Source: Roseomonas sp. (GTDB lineage: Bacteria > Pseudomonadota > Alphaproteobacteria > Acetobacterales > Acetobacteraceae). Taken from it: a stretch of 49,137 bases of DNA. A model generated the notes under the pieces. The model was not told where the DNA came from. It searched no databases and saw nothing but the letters and a program-made list of their open reading frames with translations. Position numbers and translations under genes: made by a program. The number at the start of each line of letters is the position of its first letter. Position 1 is the first letter of the stretch. Location: assembly GCA_044236185.1 (NCBI GenBank), contig JBIIGZ010000001.1, positions 1 to 49,137 on the forward strand, in the 5' to 3' direction. Positions 1 through 7,853 of the stretch are shown here, piece after piece.

Positions 1-2
1 CC

Positions 3-1070
3 ATGGTCCATGCTCCGAACCGTCCGCCGCCAGGTGCGCCGCCTGTGCGCATCAACCTCTATTCCGATACGCAAACCCGCCCGACGCCGGCCATGAAGGA
101 AGCCATGATGCGCGCCGAAGTGGGCGATGAGCAGCATGGCGATGACCCGACCGTGCATGAGCTATGCGACCGCATGGCTGCGCTGATGGGCAAGGAAGCG
201 GCGATGTATTTGCCATCCGGCACCATGTGCAATGTGATCGCGATCCTGACCCATTGCCAAAAGGGTGATGAGGTGGTGGCGCATGAAACCAGCCACATTC
301 TGCACAGTGAAGGCGGCACCCATGCCGCGCTGACCGGCGTGCAGATCATGCCAATGCGCGGGCCAAAGGGCATGTTCACCGCCGATGATCTCCGCGGCGC
401 CATTCGCCCGAAAACCCGCTACACCCCGCCACAGCGCCTTTTGGAGGTGGAACAAACCGCCAATATCGGCGGCGGTGCGGTATGGCCGCTGGCGCAGCTT
501 AATGCCGTGGCCGCCATCGCGCATGGCGAAGGCTGGGCCACGCATATGGATGGTGCGCGGCTGATGAATGCCTGTGTCGCCGCGGGTGTGGCGCCCAAGG
601 ATATGGTCGCGTCCTATGATTCTGTCTGGCTGGATTTTACCAAGGGGCTGGGCGCACCGCTTGGCGCCGTGTTGTGCGGCAGTAATGAATTTATCGGCCG
701 CGCCTGGCGGTGGAAGCAGCGTCTGGGTGGTTCCATGCGCCAGGGCGGCATTTGCGCTGCGGCCTGCATCTATGCGCTGGATCACAATATTGATCGGCTG
801 GCGGAAGACCACGCCAATGCCAAGACACTGGCGCGCGGCTTGGCGCAGATTGAAGGCGTGAAGGTGGAAGACCCGGAAACCAATCTGGTGTTCTTCGATA
901 TCAGCGGCACGGGCATGGATGTCGCGCGCTTGCAGGAAAAGCTGCAAATGCGCGGCATTGCCGTGAGCGGCCTTGGCGGGCGCGTGCGCGCTTGCACGCA
1001 TCTGGATGTGACCGCGCCGATGATTGATGAGGCGGTCAATGAAATTCGCGCCGCGCTGAAGGCGGCTTGA
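3..1070 (+). CDS. ltaE: Low-specificity L-threonine aldolase (PLP-dependent, beta-eliminating lyase family)
   Basis: SDTQT, GDDPTV, PSGTMCN, HMDGARL and PLP-lysine FTKGLGAP motifs; 355 aa. Confidence 0.85.
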   Translation: MVHAPNRPPPGAPPVRINLYSDTQTRPTPAMKEAMMRAEVGDEQHGDDPTVHELCDRMAALMGKEAAMYLPSGTMCNVIAILTHCQKGDEVVAHETSHILHSEGGTHAALTGVQIMPMRGPKGMFTADDLRGAIRPKTRYTPPQRLLEVEQTANIGGGAVWPLAQLNAVAAIAHGEGWATHMDGARLMNACVAAGVAPKDMVASYDSVWLDFTKGLGAPLGAVLCGSNEFIGRAWRWKQRLGGSMRQGGICAAACIYALDHNIDRLAEDHANAKTLARGLAQIEGVKVEDPETNLVFFDISGTGMDVARLQEKLQMRGIAVSGLGGRVRACTHLDVTAPMIDEAVNEIRAALKAA

Positions 1071-1078
1071 TATTGCGC

Positions 1079-1113
1079 CTGATCCGCCTGGGCTTTCAGC
1101 CTGGGCGGATCAG
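1079..1113. terminator. GC-rich hairpin between convergent genes, possible terminator
   Basis: CTGATCCGCC-TGGGCT-ttc-AGCCTG-GGCGGATCAG stem 8 nt after the ltaE stop; no clear U-tract. Confidence 0.5.
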
Positions 1114-1116
1114 CGA

Positions 1117-1220
1117 TTAGTGCGTCCCCCGTTCACATTCGTTCACGCGGCGCGCACTAAATTTTGTTTGGTCGCATTTTCCGAGGCGCCAAGTGTTTCC
1201 ACTTGGCTTGAAAATGCTTA
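1117..1220 (-). repeat. Palindromic intergenic repeat, copy A (CIR/Bru-RS-like two-hairpin element)
   Basis: Reverse complement of 1165-1218 matches 7713-7766 at 49/54 nt; second arm is the TTAGTGCG...CGCACTAA inverted repeat (1117-1160). Confidence 0.8.
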
Positions 1221-2150
1221 AGCCTCAAAAAGCGGCAGTGCCACGCGCTTGCCGAGCGCCAGCGCATCCAGTGTCATTTGCAGCGGCGTCAGGTCGGCCT
1301 CGCTCTCGCCACGCAGCAGCAATTCGGCGAAGCGGGCATAGAGCATCGGGTATTCCTTCCGCGCTTCCTTCATTGTCACCTGGCCATCAATCACCAGTGT
1401 TCCACCGCTATCGAGCAATGCCACTTCATGGCCGCAGCGTGTTGTGATGTGCAGCTCTCGTTGATCTGGGCCAACATGGCCCCAATTGGCGTGCAGTTCC
1501 AACGGGCCGGCGCCATCAAGGCTGCCGAAGCGAATCATGGCCGCAAGCGGTGCGGCGTGGTTGGCGGCGATATGCAGTTCCGCGCTCTGCACGAAGGGCG
1601 GTGGCGTGAACAATCGGCTGATCACTGACAGCGCATTGATCGCCGTATCGAAAACGCCAAGCCCATCAACCTTCCAGATCCACTCCTGATCCGGGTGGTA
1701 GACACGAAAATCCTCATGCCAATCCACGCGTAATTTGGCGAGGTGCTTGTCGGCCAAAAACAGCCGCGCAGCCTCTACCGCGCGATTGCATTGCGAATGC
1801 CAGGACGCATAGAGCACGCGCCCAGAGCGCGCCGCCAATTCTACCAGCGCCTCTGCCTCGCCCATTGTTGCGGCGGGCGGTTTTTCCAACAGCGCATGCT
1901 TGCCCGCGCGTAACGCATCGCGCGCAATGGCGAAGCGCGCTGCGGGTGGCGTGCAGATAGCGACCGCATCCAGCGCGCAAGCCGCGAACATTGCCTGATG
2001 GTCCGTGTAGATGGGCAAACCCGCAATAGTTTCCCCGCCGCCAAGATCAGCAAGCCCCACCAAGGTAAAGTCGGCATTGGCCGCGATTGCCGGCACATGC
2101 CGCTTACGCGCGATTTGCCCCAACCCCACAATGCCGATGCTGATCGCCAT
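1218..2150 (-). CDS. Gfo/Idh/MocA oxidoreductase, D-galactose/L-arabinose 1-dehydrogenase-like
   Basis: GIVGLGQIA Rossmann motif, LLEKPP, WHEDFRVYHPDQEWIW; ATG at 2150 after AAGGGGG. Confidence 0.85.
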   Translation of the reverse strand: MAISIGIVGLGQIARKRHVPAIAANADFTLVGLADLGGGETIAGLPIYTDHQAMFAACALDAVAICTPPAARFAIARDALRAGKHALLEKPPAATMGEAEALVELAARSGRVLYASWHSQCNRAVEAARLFLADKHLAKLRVDWHEDFRVYHPDQEWIWKVDGLGVFDTAINALSVISRLFTPPPFVQSAELHIAANHAAPLAAMIRFGSLDGAGPLELHANWGHVGPDQRELHITTRCGHEVALLDSGGTLVIDGQVTMKEARKEYPMLYARFAELLLRGESEADLTPLQMTLDALALGKRVALPLFEA

Positions 2151-2315
2151 GGCCGCCCCCTTCATCACGGGCCCGTTACTTGCCCGCCGGCCGCGCGTAT
2201 TGATGGAGCTTATCGGAATTCGGGAATCAGCCCAGGGGCACGAGGCCGCTTTTGCTTGACATGATCCAGCGACCCCGAATGACATGCGCCTGATGCATCG
2301 GAACGGAGCCCGCCT

Positions 2316-4346
2316 TTGACGTCGCCGCGCGCCATGCTGCGCAAGCGGCCGCTATGGATGCTCGCCGCTTGCCTTGGCGCGCTGTTGCTCGCGCCCTTCG
2401 CGCTGGATCGGCTTTTCCCGCCCAACCTCTCGCGCCTGCATTCCGTGGGCGTGGAGGTGCAAGATCGTGACGGGCGCATCCTTTCCGTCCTGCCCGCGCC
2501 AGGCGTCTTTTGGCGACTGGCGACCAGGCCAGAGGATGTCTCCTCCATTCTGCTTGATCTGCTGATCGCGGCGGAGGATCGGCGCTTTTTTGACCATGCC
2601 GGCGTTGATCCGCTGGCGCTGGCGCGCGCGGCGGGGCAATGGCTGCGCGCGGGGCGCGTGGTTTCGGGCGGGTCCACCATCACCATGCAGGCGGCGCGGC
2701 TTTTGGAACCGCGCCCGCGTGGGCTGCGTGCCAAGGCGATTGAAATCTTCCGGGCCTTCCAATTGGAAGCGCGTTTCAGCAAGCAGGAAATTCTGGGCAT
2801 TTGGCTGACGCTTGCCCCGCAAACCGGCAATATTGAAGGCATACGCGCCGGCGCGTATGCTTGGTTCGGCCGACCCGCCAACCGGCTTGATGCTGCGGAA
2901 GCGGCGCTGCTGATTGCGCTCGCCCGCCGCCCGGCTGCGCTCAGCCCAGATCGCCATGCGGAAGCAGCGCGCGCTGCGCGGGATGATGTGCTGCGCCGGC
3001 GCGGTGCGGCCATGCTCTCCCCCGAAGATCAGGCCCTGGCGCTGGCGGCACCCTTGCCAAGCGCGCGGTTGTCCATGCCGGGCCTGGCGCCGCATCTGGC
3101 GCGGGAATTGGCGCGGCAGGGCGATTCCCCCATCCGCAGCAGCCTGGATGCCGGGCTGCAACGCGCCAGCGAAAGACTGGCCGCTGAGGCGTTGCTGCGG
3201 CTGCCGGAACGGGCCAGCGTGGCGCTGATTATCGCCGATCTCCGCACGCGCGAAACCCGCGCCTTGGTGGGCGGGGCCTTTGGCGCCGAAAACCGCGCCG
3301 GCGCGCTGGATTTGACGCGCGCGACCCGTTCGCCTGGTTCCGCGCTGAAGCCCTTTCTCTATGCCATGGCGTTTGAACAGGGGCTGGTGCGGCCCGATAC
3401 GCTGCTTTCCGATTTGCCGCGCCGCTTTGGCGCCTACGCGCCGGAGAATTTTGATCGCGGTTTTGTGGGCCGCATTACGGCAGCCGAGGCTTTGCGGCTT
3501 TCGCTCAACCTGCCGGCGGTCGCGCTTTTGGATGGCATTGGGCCGGCGCGGTTTGCGGCATCGCTGCGGTCAGCCGGGGCGGCGCCGGTGCTGCCGCGCG
3601 GGGTGGATGCGTCCCTGCCGCTGGCGCTGGGCGGCGCGGGGACTACGCTGCGCGACATGGTCGGGCTTTATGCCCTGCTGGGGGATGGCGGGCGGGCGGG
3701 CGGGCTGCGCTTCACCCCAGGCCCGGCGCCAGCAGGCGCGCCGGTGTTGGAAGCGCGCGCCGCCGCTGCCGTGGCCGGGCTTTTGGTGCAGGAATTTCCG
3801 GGTGGCGGGCCGCGAGGGGTGGCGTGGAAGACCGGCACCTCCTGGGGCGGGCGGGATGCCTGGGCCTTTGGCTTTGATGGCCGGCATGTGGCCGGGGTTT
3901 GGGTGGGGCGGCCCGATGGTACGCCAATTCCGGGCCTGACCGGGCGGGATGCCGCGCTGCCCCTGCTTGCCAGGCTTTTCGCCCTGCTGCCGGAAGCACC
4001 ACTGGAACGCGCGCCAAACCGCCCTGATGCGCCGGTGGCCGCGCTGGGGAGTGATCCGCTGCGGCTGCTTTTCCCCCCACCCGGTGCGGTTTTGGCCGAA
4101 GGTGCGGGGCCGGTGGTGCTGCGCGTGGCCGGCGGGCGGCGGCCACTCACGTTTCTGGTGGATGGCGCGCCGCTCGCGCGGGATGCGGCGCGGCGCGAAT
4201 TGGGTTGGCTACCGCCCGGCCCTGGCTTCTACCGCATTGCGGTGATGGATGCCGAAGGCGCCTTGGTCGCCGCCGATGTGCGGGTTTCCGCCCCCGGCGC
4301 CCCGCGCGCGGAAGGAGCCCTTCTGCGCCTGACCCCCGCCGAGTGA
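2316..4346 (+). CDS. pbpC: Penicillin-binding protein 1C
   Basis: Transglycosylase EDRRF and GSTITMQ; transpeptidase SALK, SLN, KTGT; C-terminal PBP1C beta domain; start is TTG 2316 (GGAG upstream) or ATG 2334. Confidence 0.9.
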   Translation: MTSPRAMLRKRPLWMLAACLGALLLAPFALDRLFPPNLSRLHSVGVEVQDRDGRILSVLPAPGVFWRLATRPEDVSSILLDLLIAAEDRRFFDHAGVDPLALARAAGQWLRAGRVVSGGSTITMQAARLLEPRPRGLRAKAIEIFRAFQLEARFSKQEILGIWLTLAPQTGNIEGIRAGAYAWFGRPANRLDAAEAALLIALARRPAALSPDRHAEAARAARDDVLRRRGAAMLSPEDQALALAAPLPSARLSMPGLAPHLARELARQGDSPIRSSLDAGLQRASERLAAEALLRLPERASVALIIADLRTRETRALVGGAFGAENRAGALDLTRATRSPGSALKPFLYAMAFEQGLVRPDTLLSDLPRRFGAYAPENFDRGFVGRITAAEALRLSLNLPAVALLDGIGPARFAASLRSAGAAPVLPRGVDASLPLALGGAGTTLRDMVGLYALLGDGGRAGGLRFTPGPAPAGAPVLEARAAAAVAGLLVQEFPGGGPRGVAWKTGTSWGGRDAWAFGFDGRHVAGVWVGRPDGTPIPGLTGRDAALPLLARLFALLPEAPLERAPNRPDAPVAALGSDPLRLLFPPPGAVLAEGAGPVVLRVAGGRRPLTFLVDGAPLARDAARRELGWLPPGPGFYRIAVMDAEGALVAADVRVSAPGAPRAEGALLRLTPAE

Positions 4347-4408
4347 ATCGGGGGCTTGCGCGCAAGGGGCGCTCGCCCGACCATAAGGGCAGAAAGACGG
4401 AGCAGAGC

Positions 4409-5254
4409 GTGGCGCAGTTCAAAGGCACTGAAAGATACGTCGCAACCCGAGAGCTGGAGGTTGCGGTCAATGCCGCGGTGGCGCTGGAACGCCCACTGCT
4501 GATCAAGGGCGAACCAGGCACGGGCAAGACGGTGCTGGCGCAGGAAATCGCCAAGGCGCTCGGCTATCCGCTGATTGAATGGCACATCAAATCCACCACC
4601 AAGGCGCAGCAGGGCTTGTATGAGTATGATGCGGTGAGCCGGTTGCGTGATGGTCAGCTTGGCGATCCGCGCGTGCATGACATTGCGAATTACATTGTGC
4701 GCGGGAAGCTGTGGGAAGCCTTTGAAGCCGACCATCCTGTGGTGTTGCTGATTGATGAAATAGACAAGGCCGATATCGAATTCCCGAACGATCTTCTGCT
4801 GGAACTCGATCGCATGGAATTCTATGTCTATGAGCTGCGCCGCAATGTTAAGGCGCGGCATCGGCCGGTGGTGATCATCACCTCCAACAACGAAAAGGAA
4901 TTGCCGGACGCGTTTTTGCGTCGCTGCTTCTTCCATTACATCCGCTTCCCGGATCGGGAGACGATGGAGAGGATCGTGCAAACGCATTTCCCGAATATCC
5001 GTCAGGATTTGCTGCGGGAAGCACTCACGGTGTTTTTCGATGTGCGCAATGTGAATGAATTGAAGAAAAAGCCCGCCACTTCCGAATTGCTGGATTGGCT
5101 CAAGCTGCTGACGATTGAGGACATGCCGCCCGAAGCGCTGCGGAGCCAGGACAATAAAACCGCCATCCCGCCGCTTTATGGCGCCTTGCTCAAGAATGAA
5201 CAGGATGTGCATTTGTTCGAACGCCTGGCCTTCCTGACGCGGCGGAAGGTCTGA
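4409..5254 (+). CDS. MoxR-family AAA+ ATPase
   Basis: Walker A GEPGTGKT, Walker B LLIDEIDKAD, ELPDAFLRRC; GTG start 4409 after GGAG. Confidence 0.92.
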   Translation: MAQFKGTERYVATRELEVAVNAAVALERPLLIKGEPGTGKTVLAQEIAKALGYPLIEWHIKSTTKAQQGLYEYDAVSRLRDGQLGDPRVHDIANYIVRGKLWEAFEADHPVVLLIDEIDKADIEFPNDLLLELDRMEFYVYELRRNVKARHRPVVIITSNNEKELPDAFLRRCFFHYIRFPDRETMERIVQTHFPNIRQDLLREALTVFFDVRNVNELKKKPATSELLDWLKLLTIEDMPPEALRSQDNKTAIPPLYGALLKNEQDVHLFERLAFLTRRKV

Positions 5255-5283
5255 TGCGGCGGCTGCACCGATAGGCGAGGCCG

Positions 5284-6468
5284 ATGTTCGCGCCCTTCAT
5301 CATTGCGCTGCGCGCGGCCGGTGTGCCGGCTTCCATCACGGAATATTTGGCGTTGCTGCGCGCGCTGAAGGCCGGCGTGGCGGGCGTTGATGTCGAGGAT
5401 TTCTACCATCTGGCGCGCGCCGCGTTGGTGAAGGATGAACGCCACCTGGACCGCTTCGACCGGGTTTTTGGCGAAATCTTCAAGGGGTTGGAATCACCGC
5501 CCGGCACGGCGGAAACCACGGTGGAAATCCCCGCTGAATGGCTGCGCAAAATGGCCGAGAAATTCCTGACCGAAGAAGAACGCGCTGAGATCGAAGCGCT
5601 TGGCGGTTTTGACAAGTTGATGGAAACGCTCCGCCAGCGCCTGGCGGAACAAAAGGGCCGGCACCAAGGCGGTTCGAAATGGATTGGCACCGCCGGCACC
5701 TCGCCCTTTGGTGCCTATGGCTATAATCCGGAAGGTGTGCGGATTGGGCAGGAAGAAAGCCGCAATCGCCGCGCTGCCAAGGTGTGGGACAAGCGCGTCT
5801 ATAAGGATTTGGATGAGGATGAGGCGTTATCCTCGCGCAATATGAAGGTCGCTTTGCGCCGGCTACGCCGCTTTGCCCGCACAGGTGCCGCGACAGAGCT
5901 GGATATGCCGGGCACGATTGGCGCGACCGCGCGCAATGGCGGGTCGCTTGATCTGCATATGGTGCCGGAACGCCGCAATGCGGTGAAGGTACTGCTGCTG
6001 ATGGATATTGGCGGTTCGATGGATGATCATATCCGCATCTGCCAGGAATTGTTTTCAGCGGCACGCGGTGAATTCAAACATCTGGAATTCTACTACTTCC
6101 ATAACTGCCCCTATGAACGGCTCTGGCGTGAAAACCGCCGGCGCAAGGAAACCGAAAAATCCACGCAGGAGGTCCTGCGCACCTATGGCCCGGATTGGCG
6201 CCTGGTGCTGGTGGGGGATGCCACCATGGGACCTTATGAAATCTCTCAGCCCGGCGGTTCGGTTGAACATTGGAATGAGGAATCAGGCGTGGTCTGGATG
6301 GGTCGCCTGACGCGGCATTTCCGCCGCGCTGCCTGGCTCAATCCTGTGGATCAGCAGCATTGGCGCTATACCCATTCCATCGGCATGATGCAGGGGCTGA
6401 TGGAAAATCGCATGCATCCGCTGACACTGGCGGGGCTTGAATCCATGGCGCGGGAATTGGCGAAATAA
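5284..6468 (+). CDS. vWA-domain protein (CoxE-like), MoxR partner
   Basis: GGSKWIGTAGTSPFG, DIGGSM MIDAS-like motif, YFHNC, VGDATM; directly follows the MoxR gene. Confidence 0.88.
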   Translation: MFAPFIIALRAAGVPASITEYLALLRALKAGVAGVDVEDFYHLARAALVKDERHLDRFDRVFGEIFKGLESPPGTAETTVEIPAEWLRKMAEKFLTEEERAEIEALGGFDKLMETLRQRLAEQKGRHQGGSKWIGTAGTSPFGAYGYNPEGVRIGQEESRNRRAAKVWDKRVYKDLDEDEALSSRNMKVALRRLRRFARTGAATELDMPGTIGATARNGGSLDLHMVPERRNAVKVLLLMDIGGSMDDHIRICQELFSAARGEFKHLEFYYFHNCPYERLWRENRRRKETEKSTQEVLRTYGPDWRLVLVGDATMGPYEISQPGGSVEHWNEESGVVWMGRLTRHFRRAAWLNPVDQQHWRYTHSIGMMQGLMENRMHPLTLAGLESMARELAK

Positions 6469-6513
6469 TGCCTGCGCCGCAACAAAATGATCGAAAGAAG
6501 GAAACGCTGTTTC

Positions 6514-7707
6514 ATGGCCACTAAGCCTCGTCTGCCGCGCGGGCGGCAATTCTTTGCCAATCCCGGCCCGACCAATATTCCGGACTCGGTGCTGCTTGCG
6601 GTGGCGCATGTCACGGTTGACTTCAACGATCCGGCCTTCATGCCGGTCTATGAAAAATGCGTTGCAGGGCTGAAGCGCATTTTGAAGACGGAACAGGAAG
6701 TCTTTATGTACACCGGATCAGGCCATGCGGCCTGGGAAGCGAGTCTGGTCAATCTATTCTCCCCCGGTGACACAGTCGCCATTATTGAAACCGGCCATTT
6801 TTCGCAAAGCTGGGCGCAAATGGCCGAGGATTTATCCCTTAAGGCCGAAGTGATCAGCGCGGATTGGCGCCGAGGCGTTGATTTTGCCGCGCTGCGCGCA
6901 ACGCTCGCTGCCGATACGGGCCATCGCATCAAGGCGATTTGCGCCGTGCATAATGAAACCGCAACAGGCATGGAATTGCCGTTGAAGGAAGTGCGGGCGG
7001 CGCTGGATGCAACGAAGCATCCTGCCCTTTTGCTGAGTGATACGATCTCCTCGCTTGCCTCACTTGATTTTCGTATGGATGAATGGGGCGTGGATGTTGC
7101 CGTGGGGGGCAGCCAGAAGGGCTTGATGCTTCCAACGGGCATGTCCTTCACCGGCGTTTCGGCCAAGGCGATGGCGGCGCATAAGACATCGCGCTTGCCG
7201 AAATCCTACCTGTCCTGGACCAATATGCTGATGCGCAAGCATAAATCCTTCGTTGGCACAGTGCCCACTTCCTTCTTCTATGGCTTGCAGGAAAGCCTCC
7301 GCTTGTTGGAAGAAGAAGGTCTGGATCAGGTCTTCGCGCGCCATTCACGCCTGGCGGAAGCGGTGCGGCGCTGCGTGCGCCACTGGTCCGGCAATGCTGG
7401 GCCGCAGCTTTTCTGCACCAACCCGGAACGATATTCTGATACCGTAACGTCCATTCTGATGCCCGAAGGCCATGATGCGGAAGCGGTGCGCCGCACCGCG
7501 CTACAAACCTTCAATGTCTCACTCGGCGGTGGTCTTGGGCCTTTGGGCGGCAAGGTATTCCGCATCGGCCATTTGGGCGATTTGAACGAACCGATGATCC
7601 TGGGCACGCTTTCTGTCGTTGAAATGGCGCTGAAGCTGAATGGCGTGCCGCATGCGCCCGGCGGCGTGGCCGCGGCGATGGAATATCTGGCGGAAGCCGC
7701 GCGTTGA
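6514..7707 (+). CDS. Class V PLP aminotransferase (serine/alanine-glyoxylate aminotransferase-like)
   Basis: PGPTN, VHNETATG, DTISS, GSQKGLMLP, FRIGHLG. Confidence 0.9.
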   Translation: MATKPRLPRGRQFFANPGPTNIPDSVLLAVAHVTVDFNDPAFMPVYEKCVAGLKRILKTEQEVFMYTGSGHAAWEASLVNLFSPGDTVAIIETGHFSQSWAQMAEDLSLKAEVISADWRRGVDFAALRATLAADTGHRIKAICAVHNETATGMELPLKEVRAALDATKHPALLLSDTISSLASLDFRMDEWGVDVAVGGSQKGLMLPTGMSFTGVSAKAMAAHKTSRLPKSYLSWTNMLMRKHKSFVGTVPTSFFYGLQESLRLLEEEGLDQVFARHSRLAEAVRRCVRHWSGNAGPQLFCTNPERYSDTVTSILMPEGHDAEAVRRTALQTFNVSLGGGLGPLGGKVFRIGHLGDLNEPMILGTLSVVEMALKLNGVPHAPGGVAAAMEYLAEAAR

Positions 7708-7712
7708 AGTGG

Positions 7713-7803
7713 AGCATTTCCAAGCCAAGTGGCATCACTTGGCGGCTCGGGAAATGCGACCAAACATGCACTGAATTAGGGGCGCGCCATCGCGCGCGCC
7801 CTT
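7713..7803 (+). repeat. Palindromic intergenic repeat, copy B
   Basis: GCATTTCC-aa-GCCAAGTG-gcat-CACTTGGC-ggctcg-GGAAATGC then GACCAAACA and a TTAG-led second hairpin; homologous to 1117-1220. Confidence 0.8.
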
Positions 7804-7853
7804 CATAGACCAGACCGGCGCATCAAGCCGGCAGAGCAGGAGGAAGCAAGGCA

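Noticed and set aside
1131-1144. GTTC-ACATTC-GTTC as an alphaproteobacterial LexA box
   Set aside because: The spacer is 6 nt rather than 7, the site lies between convergent genes, and it is part of the repeat's second arm.
1165-7766. The two inverted repeat copies as ends of a 6.6-kb transposon or invertible segment
   Set aside because: No transposase or recombinase is present, the cargo is housekeeping-like, and the repeats look like dispersed intergenic elements.
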